Source of the DNA: Clostridia bacterium
Lineage (GTDB): Bacteria > Bacillota > Clostridia > Oscillospirales > CAG-272
NCBI GenBank assembly: GCA_017455185.1
Contig: JAFTBN010000061.1
Location: 1 to 62,808, forward strand
Direction: 5' to 3'
DNA length: 62,808 bases
The notes beneath the pieces were generated by a model. That model did no database searches. It was not told where the DNA came from and saw only the letters and a list, made by a program, of their open reading frames with translations. Of the stretch, positions 27,446-37,531 are shown piece by piece (the stretch's first letter is position 1; every line of letters starts with the position of its first letter). A program made the translations under genes and the position numbers.

Positions 27446-27474
27446 ATTATACTGATTCCTTCTGTTCTTGTCAA
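27446..27474 (-). promoter_or_regulatory. consensus sigma-A promoter of scfA-scfB
   Basis: Minus strand TTGACA (27474-27469), exactly 17 nt, TATAAT (27451-27446). Confidence 0.7.
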
Positions 27475-27600
27475 GCCGTATCCGAACGGAGAATCGACAG
27501 GACATTCAAAAAAATACAAATTAGAAATGAGTTATATTTTTAATAAACTAAAAACATTTTGTTAATTTTAGACTTTTAGTTCTTTTATATTCTATTTATT

Positions 27601-27609
27601 TGATATAAT
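27601..27609 (+). promoter_or_regulatory. extended -10 element, candidate dnaA promoter
   Basis: TGaTATAAT at the end of a ~100-bp AT-rich block, 72 nt before the dnaA ATG. No good -35 is present. Confidence 0.4.
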
Positions 27610-27612
27610 CTT

Positions 27613-27639
27613 TATGCGTGCGCGTGCGTGCGTACGTAT
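27613..27639. repeat. 27-nt perfectly alternating pyrimidine-purine tract (TG/CG type)
   Basis: Every step of TATGCGTGCGCGTGCGTGCGTACGTAT alternates Py-Pu. It lies between the candidate dnaA -10 and the RBS. Confidence 0.9.
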
Positions 27640-27680
27640 TGAAAGGATTGCAGTTTGTGTAATATCTGAAAGGAGTTCCC

Positions 27681-29114
27681 ATGGCATCCTCTGATCCAAT
27701 CATGCAAGAAATCTTCAAAATTTGGGATAATTTTAAACTTTCCTGCCGGGAATTCTTGACTCCGGTTCTGATCAAAACCTGGTTTGACACGTTGGTTCCG
27801 GTTTCCTTCAACGAAGAAACGCTCGAATTGAAGATGGAAATCGACAATCAGTTCAAATACAACATCATCACCGAAAAATACCTGGACAGAATTCAGGATT
27901 ATTTTTCTAAGGCAATGGGGTTCGACGTCCAGATTCAGCTGATCTGTACCGACACCGCAGAAGAAGAAAAACCGACGGCAAAAAAAGAGCAGGAAAACCA
28001 AGAGGAAAGCGAACCCGGTTTTTCCCCGCTTTCCGCGGCCGGTGACGGACAGACCGCACAGCAGCAGTTCACGTCCACCCTGCCTTTTTACAAATTCAAA
28101 TACACCTTTGAAAACTTCATCGTCGGCAGCACCAACAAATTCGCCTACGCGACCTGCGTCGGCGTCGTAGACCGTCCGGCCGAAGCATACAATCCCCTTT
28201 TCATCTACGGACCCAGCGGTCTCGGAAAAACCCACCTGATGAACGCCATCATCAACGAACGGTACCGCCGCAACAAGAACGAAAAAATCATTTACATCAA
28301 AGGGGACGATTTCACCAATGAAATGATCAACTGCCTGTCCCGTCAGGCTATGGGAGAATTTCGCGAGAAATACCGTAAATGCGATTTTCTTCTGATTGAC
28401 GATATCCAGTTCATTGCAGGCAAGATTTCCACGCAGGAAGAGTTTTTCCATACATTTGAAGCCCTTTACGAGAACGGAAAGCAGATCGTCATGACCTCGG
28501 ACCGCATGCCGAAGGAAATCACGCCTCTTGAAGAACGGCTGCGCACACGGTTCGAATCGGGCATCATTGCGGACATCCAGCCGCCGGATCTCGAACTCCG
28601 TATGGCCATCATCAAAAAGAAAGCCGAACAGATTCAGCTGGATCTGTCCGAAGACATCCTGACCTTCCTGGCAGAGAATCTTCGCTCGAATATCCGCCAG
28701 ATTGAAGGAGCCATCAAAAAACTCGGTGCTTTCTATTTTCTGAACGGCAACCGGGCCATTACCATGGACCTGGCCTCCTCCTGCATCACCGAGCTGCTCG
28801 GCGGAGCAGAACCCATCAATGTGACCATCGACAAAATCTTTTCCGCGGTCTGCCTGAATTACAAAGTTTCAAAAGAAGACCTGCTGAGCAATAAACGCAA
28901 TTCCAACATTGTTTATGCCCGTCATATCGCGATCTATCTGATCCGTTCCATTACCGAAATGTCCTATCCGAACATCGGTAAGATTTTCGATAAGGATCAC
29001 ACAACCATCATCGCTTCCATCCAGAAGATGGAAAAGAAAATTCTGAACGATACCAATTTCGCCATGGAAATCAACACACTGGAAAGAACCATCCGTGGAA
29101 CCATTTCCACCTGA
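27681..29114 (+). CDS. dnaA: chromosomal replication initiator protein DnaA
   Basis: 477 aa with RBS AAAGGAG, Walker A GPSGLGKTHL, an AAA+ body, and the C-terminal DNA-binding helix region (HTTIIASIQKME). Confidence 0.95.
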   Translation: MASSDPIMQEIFKIWDNFKLSCREFLTPVLIKTWFDTLVPVSFNEETLELKMEIDNQFKYNIITEKYLDRIQDYFSKAMGFDVQIQLICTDTAEEEKPTAKKEQENQEESEPGFSPLSAAGDGQTAQQQFTSTLPFYKFKYTFENFIVGSTNKFAYATCVGVVDRPAEAYNPLFIYGPSGLGKTHLMNAIINERYRRNKNEKIIYIKGDDFTNEMINCLSRQAMGEFREKYRKCDFLLIDDIQFIAGKISTQEEFFHTFEALYENGKQIVMTSDRMPKEITPLEERLRTRFESGIIADIQPPDLELRMAIIKKKAEQIQLDLSEDILTFLAENLRSNIRQIEGAIKKLGAFYFLNGNRAITMDLASSCITELLGGAEPINVTIDKIFSAVCLNYKVSKEDLLSNKRNSNIVYARHIAIYLIRSITEMSYPNIGKIFDKDHTTIIASIQKMEKKILNDTNFAMEINTLERTIRGTIST

Positions 29115-29553
29115 TTTTCCACAGCCCTGGGCCCTGTTGAAAAGTCGTTTGTTTTCTTGTTTTTCTTTTCGTTTTTTCCAAAAGAAAAAGACCCTTTCCC
29201 GGTTTGAAAAGTTTTCCACAGGCTGTGAAAAAATCAGTGGAAAACTCAGAAAATGACGTTTTTCCACAGTCTTTCATTTTTCTTTTTTCTTTGCATGACT
29301 CCCGTCCTGCTTTTCTTTCTCTTTTTTCCATTCTTTCTTTTCTTTTATACGGGTTTCTTCTCTTGAAGAATCAAAATGACTGTGGAAAACCGAAAGACTT
29401 TTTCACCCTTTTTCCACTTGTTTGATTGTTATTTTTCATGCTTATTTCGGCTTCGAAAAGGATTTCTTCCGTTTTCCACAGAATTCACAGGCCCTAATAC
29501 TTTTACTACTAAAAAATCTATCTATTCTTTCTCTGCCGAGGGCAGAAAAAATT
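29115..29553. other. oriC (DnaA-box cluster, unwinding region) in the dnaA-dnaN spacer
   Basis: TTTTCCACA occurs at 29115, 29212, 29260 and 29472 (+) and at 29381-29389 (complement). TTTTCCACT occurs at 29410 (+) and 29236-29244 (complement). Weaker boxes are at 29103, 29225 and 29482. An AT-rich tract at 29495-29550 abuts the dnaN RBS. Gene-strand bias flips around this locus. Confidence 0.8.
29488..29512 (+). other. GC cluster plus candidate DnaA-trio tract
   Basis: Right after the last DnaA box comes CAGGCCC, then TAA TAC TTT TAC TAC TAA (TA in 3-nt phase in 5 of 6 triplets). This resembles the box / GC cluster / trio layout described for B. subtilis oriC. Confidence 0.35.
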
Positions 29554-29565
29554 CGGAGGTATAAA

Positions 29566-30708
29566 ATGAAAATTATTTTTGACCGTTTGCAACTGAACGA
29601 ACGCATCACGCCCCTGCTGAATACCATTTCCAATAAAAATATCAATCCTGCCCTGGAAGGCGTTCTGATTGAAGCAAAAGAAAATCAGGAATGCATCCTG
29701 ACCACTTTTGATAACGAGCGCGGAACCAGAACGACCATTCAGGCCAAAGTCGAACAGCCGGGCAGCTGCGTCATTCCGGCTATTAAGCTTGCGCAGACGC
29801 TCCGTCTGATGGATGAAGACGATCTGGTCATTGACGTAGATGAAAAAATGAAGACGGTGATCTCTTCCGGTATTTCCAGATACAATCTGATTTCCATAGA
29901 CAGTGGTAAATTTGCGGGACTTCCCCGTCTTTCGGGCGAAAAAGGGTTTACGATTGCACAAAATGTCTTGAAGAAAATGATTGGAAAGACTATGTTTGCC
30001 ATGGCTTCCAACGACGCAAGACCGGCTCTGAACGGAACCTATGTGATCATCAACGCCCAGCAGATCACAATGGTAGCCTGCGACAGTTTCCGGCTGGCAA
30101 AATCCACCAAGAACGTAGAGATAAACTCCATCGGAGAGGATGAAGAAATCAATCTGAAATTCATCGTGCCGGAGCGGGCCATCAACGATCTTTATAAGCT
30201 TCTGGAAGACGATGAAAAGAAGAAAGCGGATATTTACATCAGCAAAAAGAATATGGTGGTCAACGTCGGAAATTATATTTTCTTCACGAAGCTGATTGAA
30301 GGAGATTACATTCCTTACGAAAACATCATCAACATGAAGCATAAACTGCATCTGAAAGTCAACAAGGATGAATTTCTGGCCGCGCTGGAGAGAGCGTCCC
30401 TGATTACCGATGAAAAATCAAGCAACCGCAAAAAGGAATACATCAAATTGGAGATTTCCTCTGACCGGATGATTCTGAAGGCGGAATCTTCGGCCGGCGC
30501 GACGTACGATGAAATCGACGTGGAATACAAGGGAGATCCCATCATCATCGGTTTTTCCAACCGTTTTATGATTGAAAACACGCGGGCCATTGACTGCGAT
30601 GAAATCTGTATTGATATGTCTTCCGCTTTTACGGCCACCAATATGTATGCGGCCGATCCGGAAGAAGACAGCGACCAGTACATGATTCTTCCGGTAAAGG
30701 TGAACTGA
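29566..30708 (+). CDS. dnaN: DNA polymerase III beta sliding clamp
   Basis: Track ORF 29422..30708. Start moved to ATG 29566 (MKIIFDRLQL...), which follows GGAGGT. 380 aa, in the conserved position after dnaA. Confidence 0.9.
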   Translation: MKIIFDRLQLNERITPLLNTISNKNINPALEGVLIEAKENQECILTTFDNERGTRTTIQAKVEQPGSCVIPAIKLAQTLRLMDEDDLVIDVDEKMKTVISSGISRYNLISIDSGKFAGLPRLSGEKGFTIAQNVLKKMIGKTMFAMASNDARPALNGTYVIINAQQITMVACDSFRLAKSTKNVEINSIGEDEEINLKFIVPERAINDLYKLLEDDEKKKADIYISKKNMVVNVGNYIFFTKLIEGDYIPYENIINMKHKLHLKVNKDEFLAALERASLITDEKSSNRKKEYIKLEISSDRMILKAESSAGATYDEIDVEYKGDPIIIGFSNRFMIENTRAIDCDEICIDMSSAFTATNMYAADPEEDSDQYMILPVKVN

Positions 30709-30715
30709 CGTCTGT

Positions 30716-31897
30716 ATGAAATGTCTGCAAATCAGAATTTGTAATTTTCGGAATATAGAGCAGGCGCAAATCGATTTTTCGGACGGAATCAATCTCTTTC
30801 TGGGAAACAACGCGCAGGGAAAAACCAATCTTCTTGAAGCGCTGTTTTTCGGAACCATCGGAAAAAGTTTCAGGGACAGCCGGGATAAGAACCTGATTCG
30901 GTTCGGACAGGATTTTTTTACGCTGCTGCTGTCCTATAAGGAAGACAGGGAAGACGCCCGGACCCAGACCATTGAAATCCGGGTTTCCGAGCAAGAAAAA
31001 AAACAGATTTTCCACAATAAGGTTTTCGTGAAGAAATTGTCGGACGTGGTCGGAGATTTTCGCGCAGTCCTGTTCTGTCCGGAGCATCTGGCTATGGTAA
31101 AAGACGGGCCGCAGGAAAGACGTACGTTTTTGGATATGGCTCTTTCCCAACTGTTTCCCGTTTATCTGGAATCGCTTCAGAAATACAACCGGCTCGTCAA
31201 AGAGAAAAACGCGTTGCTCCGTGAGCAAAAGAAAGAAACAATGCCGGAGGACGCAAGGGATGTATTGGGCGTGCTCAACGAGCAGATGGCAAGGGAATGC
31301 GCCATTCTGACCTGGTATCGGGCTTGGTACGTACGGAATCTGGACCGGTTGGTACGGACGGTTTTTTCTGAAATGACGGAAGGCGCCGAATGTCCGCAGG
31401 TGCAATATGCGCCCGGTCTGAACGAAGAACAGAAAAATCGGGTGGATGAGATTTTACCGCAGGGACTGTTCGGAATCGACGCCGGAGAACGGAAAGACTG
31501 TCTCAATCAGATCTGGAAACTGTACCTGACCCTGCTCCGTCTGTCAACCGACAGGGAGTGTATCGTCGGTACCGCACTGTACGGTCCGCACAAGGACGAT
31601 ATGATTCTGAAAATCAACGAAAAAGAAGCCAGGCTGTATGCGTCCCAGGGACAGCAGCGCAGTTTTGCGCTGGCTTTGAAAATTGCGGAGGGAGAAATCA
31701 GCCGAAGTTACACCGGCGAATATCCGCTCTTTCTGTTTGACGACGTCCTGAGCGAACTGGATGAAAAAAGAAAGCAGTATCTTTTGCAGAAAATTCGCGA
31801 AAAACAGGTGATCATGACGAGTTGTGAAAAGCTGGATATGGAAAAGAATGCCCGAATCTGGGACGTTTCACAGGGAATGTATAAGGAAAGAACGTAA
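30716..31897 (+). CDS. recF: DNA replication and repair protein RecF
   Basis: 393 aa with Walker A GNNAQGKTNLLEA and C-terminal SQGQQRSFALAL and LFDDVLSELD signature motifs. Confidence 0.9.
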   Translation: MKCLQIRICNFRNIEQAQIDFSDGINLFLGNNAQGKTNLLEALFFGTIGKSFRDSRDKNLIRFGQDFFTLLLSYKEDREDARTQTIEIRVSEQEKKQIFHNKVFVKKLSDVVGDFRAVLFCPEHLAMVKDGPQERRTFLDMALSQLFPVYLESLQKYNRLVKEKNALLREQKKETMPEDARDVLGVLNEQMARECAILTWYRAWYVRNLDRLVRTVFSEMTEGAECPQVQYAPGLNEEQKNRVDEILPQGLFGIDAGERKDCLNQIWKLYLTLLRLSTDRECIVGTALYGPHKDDMILKINEKEARLYASQGQQRSFALALKIAEGEISRSYTGEYPLFLFDDVLSELDEKRKQYLLQKIREKQVIMTSCEKLDMEKNARIWDVSQGMYKERT

Positions 31898-31899
31898 AG

Positions 31900-32175
31900 A
31901 TGTATCTGCACGTAGGAAACAAAAGATATATCCGGGAAAAGAACATTCTCGGGATTTTCGATATGGACAATGCGACAGTGGCCGGGCAAACCCGATCTTT
32001 TCTGGCGCAGATGCAAAACAAGGGACTGGTGGAATCCGCCCGCAGGGAGGAAATCCCGAAATCGTTTGTTTTGTATGAGGAGCATGCAAAAGAGAAATCA
32101 TACAAATTGTGTTTTTCTCAGCTTTCCAGTATCGCTCTGCTTCATCGGAGTACAAAAGGAACAAAAGAATCTTAA
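31900..32175 (+). CDS. remB: DUF370 / RemB (YaaB)-like small protein
   Basis: 91 aa with MYLHVGNKRYI...ILGIFD...PKSFVL, resembling B. subtilis YaaB. It sits in the same recF-gyrB position. Confidence 0.7.
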   Translation: MYLHVGNKRYIREKNILGIFDMDNATVAGQTRSFLAQMQNKGLVESARREEIPKSFVLYEEHAKEKSYKLCFSQLSSIALLHRSTKGTKES

Positions 32176-34284
<2,109 letters not shown>

Positions 34285-34308
34285 GTTGGAACCTGCAAGG
34301 GGTAGCGT

Positions 34309-35274
34309 ATGGAACGGAAAAAGAAGCGGTGGGCGATTCTGAATCTGAATCCGTGCATCGACCGAAACGTTTATTTGAAAAAGCCGTTTGAGAAGGACAC
34401 TTTGAACCGGGTGGACCACACGGTGGTGGATTACGGCGGAAAAGGGCTCAATCAGGCGGTTGCCGCGTGCCTGCAGGGTTATGAAGTAGAGTATTATTCC
34501 TTTGTCAACCGGAACGAGTACGAGCCGCTTGCGGCCTGTCTGAACCGGCCCGGATTGACGTTTCATCCGGTCTTTACGCAATGCCGTATGCGTATGAACA
34601 TCAAGATACTGGACGGACAATCGGTGGGAACGGAATGCAACGAGGCGGGCGGCCCTGTCACGAAAGAGGAAGTTCTCGCCCTGACCGAGGCACTTCTGGC
34701 CGAACCGGTTGACGTTCTGAGCATGGGAGGCAGTCTTCCCGCCGGAATGGATGTATCCGCCTATGCGGACCTGATCCGGGCGGTGAAAGCCAGATACCCC
34801 GGGGCGACCGTTCTTCTGGACTGCGACGGGGAGCCTCTCAAAGCGGCATTGCCCGCGAAACCGGATTATATCAAACCGAACCGTCGGGAACTGGCTCATC
34901 TTTTCGGAAAACAGGAAAACGATCTGACCGAATCGTCGGTGCTTGACGGTGCGCTCCGTAAGGCTTCGGACTTGTGGGGAGTCCGGATTCTCTGCACACT
35001 GGACCGGAAAGGTTCGGTTTACTATGGACCGGAAGGCCGGTATGACGTACAGTCCGTACCGGTTCCCGAAAAGGGCTTTTCCGGTGCCGGGGATACCTAT
35101 CTTGCCGCTTTTGCCGGCTCGTATCTGCTGGAAGGCCGGTCCCTGGAAGAAGCGCTGAGCCGGGCGTCCCGCGCGGCTTCGGCCAAAATAGCCAAGGAAG
35201 GCACGGCGCTGCCGGACAGGGCCGAGGTGGACGCGATGCCTGAGGCGGCGGTCTTCCGGGCAAAAGAGGGTTAA
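34309..35274 (+). CDS. PfkB-family sugar(-phosphate) kinase (1-phosphofructokinase/tagatose-6-P kinase-like)
   Basis: 321 aa with LNLNPCIDR, GGKGLNQA and the C-terminal GAGDTYLAAF motif. Confidence 0.8.
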   Translation: MERKKKRWAILNLNPCIDRNVYLKKPFEKDTLNRVDHTVVDYGGKGLNQAVAACLQGYEVEYYSFVNRNEYEPLAACLNRPGLTFHPVFTQCRMRMNIKILDGQSVGTECNEAGGPVTKEEVLALTEALLAEPVDVLSMGGSLPAGMDVSAYADLIRAVKARYPGATVLLDCDGEPLKAALPAKPDYIKPNRRELAHLFGKQENDLTESSVLDGALRKASDLWGVRILCTLDRKGSVYYGPEGRYDVQSVPVPEKGFSGAGDTYLAAFAGSYLLEGRSLEEALSRASRAASAKIAKEGTALPDRAEVDAMPEAAVFRAKEG

Positions 35275-35281
35275 GTGAGCC

Positions 35282-36088
35282 GTGCCTGAAAAAGAAGAAA
35301 TTGTTGTGTTTGATTCCGGCGTCGGAGGGCTGAGTGTCCTTAATAAAATGAGGACATTTCTTCCGAATGAGCGGTATCTGTATTATGGGGACATTTCCAA
35401 CGCCCCATACGGAAAAAGGGAAACGGCGGAAATCCAGCGTCTGACTCTGGCGGCCGTGGAGCCTTTGATTTCCGAACAGACAAAAGCATTGGTGATAGCC
35501 TGCAATACGGCTACCTCCGCCGCCATCGGTCTGCTCCGTCAGAAATACACGGGCTTTCCCGTCATCGGGATTGAACCGGCATTGAAGCCGGCCGTGGAAT
35601 ATACGCGGACCGCGGTAAAGGAGCGTATGCCGTGTATTCTCGTTATGGGAACCGACCGGACGCTGCTCCTCCCGAAATACCGTGCGCTGAGGAGCCGCTT
35701 TGAAAAGCAGGCCCGCATCGTGGAACTGCCGGCGACCGGACTGGTCCCGCTGGTGGAGAGCGGCAAGAGGGACGGCTCCGAGGTGGAAGCCCTTCTGCGT
35801 TCGCTGAAGGCCTCTGTGGCGCAGTTTGCGTTTGATGCGATCGTTCTCGGATGTACGCACTTTCCGTTCGTCAGCGAGGCTGTTTTGCGCGTTTTCGGGC
35901 CTGTCCCGCAGTTTGACGGAGGAGACGGTGTCGCGCGTCAGACCGCAAGACTTCTCCGGGGCCGCGAGGCCCGGGATAAGGGAGGAGAGGTTCTTTTCCT
36001 TTCCTCGGCGAACACGGCATCCGAGAAGGAACGGTACGAAACGCTGTGCCGCGCGCTGACCGAACGAAAGGAAACGGAGGTAAAATGA
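35282..36088 (+). CDS. murI: glutamate racemase
   Basis: GTG start. Has VFDSGVGGLSVL, the ACNTATS and GCTHFPF catalytic Cys motifs. Confidence 0.9.
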   Translation: MPEKEEIVVFDSGVGGLSVLNKMRTFLPNERYLYYGDISNAPYGKRETAEIQRLTLAAVEPLISEQTKALVIACNTATSAAIGLLRQKYTGFPVIGIEPALKPAVEYTRTAVKERMPCILVMGTDRTLLLPKYRALRSRFEKQARIVELPATGLVPLVESGKRDGSEVEALLRSLKASVAQFAFDAIVLGCTHFPFVSEAVLRVFGPVPQFDGGDGVARQTARLLRGREARDKGGEVLFLSSANTASEKERYETLCRALTERKETEVK

Positions 36089-36906
36089 AACTGTTTCGAA
36101 ACCGGACATTTTTGATTTGCCTTTGTGTCGCGCTGGTCCTGACGATTGTCCCCACAACCTGGGGCCTGATGGGAAAGACGGAGCTGATTACGGCTGCGCT
36201 GAATACACTCGCCACGCCTTTCCGCGCGGTGGGAAAAGTGGTTTCAAACGCCTTGAACGGGTATAAGAGCTATTTTACATCCGTCAAACGGCTTCAGGCC
36301 GAGAATGAGTCCCTAAAGGAGCAGATCCGTCTGCTGGAGTCCAGACAGTCCGAATATGACCGGCTTGAGTATGTCAATCGGAATCTGCGGCGGTATCTGC
36401 AGGTGGATTCTCAAATCCATGAATATACGTGGAGCGAGGCGACGGTCGTCGCGACGGGAGAACAGCAGCTGGTCCTGAATCGCGGATCGGAAAGCGGACT
36501 TTTGCCAGATATGCCCGTCATAACGGGAGGAGGCGTCCTGGGCAGAATCACGGCCAGCGGAAAAGGCTGGTCTTTCGTCCAGCCCATATCGTCCACCCGG
36601 TCCCAAATCAGCGCCATGGTTGCACGCAGCGGTGCGCTGGGCGTAGTTCAGGGGCTGGTTTCCTCCCCTCAGACCGGGCTTTGTGAGTTTATGTATCTGC
36701 AGGAGAACGCGGACATCTGCGAAGGAGACGTCCTGATTACCAGCGGCAAAGGAAGCATTTTCCCTCAGGGGCTGCTCGTAGGGGTCGTGGAACAGGTTGT
36801 GTACGACGAAATCGGAAGGACGCCCGTGGCTACCATCCGCATTCAGGCGGATCTGTCCTCTCCTTCGTTTGTGCTGGTTATGACGGGGGAAATCGGGAAT
36901 GATTGA
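36085..36906 (+). CDS. mreC: rod shape-determining protein MreC
   Basis: Track ORF 36046..36906. ATG 36085 follows GGAGG and overlaps the murI stop. Has an N-terminal TM segment, the coiled coil LQAENESLKEQIRLLE, and SGKGSIFPQGLLVGVV. Confidence 0.8.
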   Translation: MKLFRNRTFLICLCVALVLTIVPTTWGLMGKTELITAALNTLATPFRAVGKVVSNALNGYKSYFTSVKRLQAENESLKEQIRLLESRQSEYDRLEYVNRNLRRYLQVDSQIHEYTWSEATVVATGEQQLVLNRGSESGLLPDMPVITGGGVLGRITASGKGWSFVQPISSTRSQISAMVARSGALGVVQGLVSSPQTGLCEFMYLQENADICEGDVLITSGKGSIFPQGLLVGVVEQVVYDEIGRTPVATIRIQADLSSPSFVLVMTGEIGND

Positions 36907-37531
36907 CTTCCGGCATGCTACCAAAGCGGAAATCGCAAAGGAAATCGCCCGGATGCTCGGCATTGGTCTTTTGCTCTTTGTGCTTTCCCTGATTGAAACC
37001 GATCTTTTTACGGTGTTCCGTCTGTTCGGGGTTTTCCCCGACCTTACCATGGCGTTTGTGTGTGCATACGCGTGGAAAAAAGCCGATCCGCTGGCCGGAG
37101 GCATCTGCGGCATTGCGGCAGGCGTGCTGCATGACGGATTGCTCGGTACATTGTTTTTTGTTGGGCCGGTTCTCTGTTTTATGGCCGGATATCTGATTGG
37201 GTATCTGTCCAGGAATTCGCGCCGTCATCCGCCCGCCTACTTTCTGGCAGCGCTCGGTGCAACGATGATTTTGTTTCTGGTCCGTGCGGCCGGCAGCATC
37301 GCGCTGTCGCGCAGCATAGGATTTCTTCAGATTTTCTTATATGAATTTTTACTTCGTTGGGTGGAGACGTATGCCGTATGCTGCTTTCTGTATGCGGTCT
37401 ACGCCCGGTTCAACGGAAAAAAGGGGCAGACGGAAAGATTCGAGCCCCAGCCAAACCGCATCAAACCAATAGGACGAGTTCTTGATGGGAGGAACGATAA
37501 GTGGATAACTCCAAGGGAAAAAATCAATTGA
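36899..37531 (+). CDS. mreD: putative rod shape-determining protein MreD (polytopic membrane protein)
   Basis: 210 aa with 4-5 TM segments and a start overlapping the mreC end. Assigned mainly by position and topology. Confidence 0.55.
   Translation: MIDFRHATKAEIAKEIARMLGIGLLLFVLSLIETDLFTVFRLFGVFPDLTMAFVCAYAWKKADPLAGGICGIAAGVLHDGLLGTLFFVGPVLCFMAGYLIGYLSRNSRRHPPAYFLAALGATMILFLVRAAGSIALSRSIGFLQIFLYEFLLRWVETYAVCCFLYAVYARFNGKKGQTERFEPQPNRIKPIGRVLDGRNDKWITPREKIN

Noticed and set aside
27377-27680. A second DnaA-box cluster upstream of dnaA (expected for a bipartite Firmicute oriC).
   Set aside because: Reading both strands, I found no 9-mer within two mismatches of TT(A/T)TCCACA. The best was TGTGTAATA, with three mismatches. 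Only promoters, an AT-rich block and the Py-Pu tract are present.
29129-29565. Small ORFs inside the dnaA-dnaN spacer (29204..29425, 29376..29564, the 5' part of 29422..30708, and minus-strand 28869..29331).
   Set aside because: They are built from DnaA boxes and polypyrimidine runs (F/L/S-rich) and lack an RBS. dnaN has a clear start at 29566 after GGAGGT.
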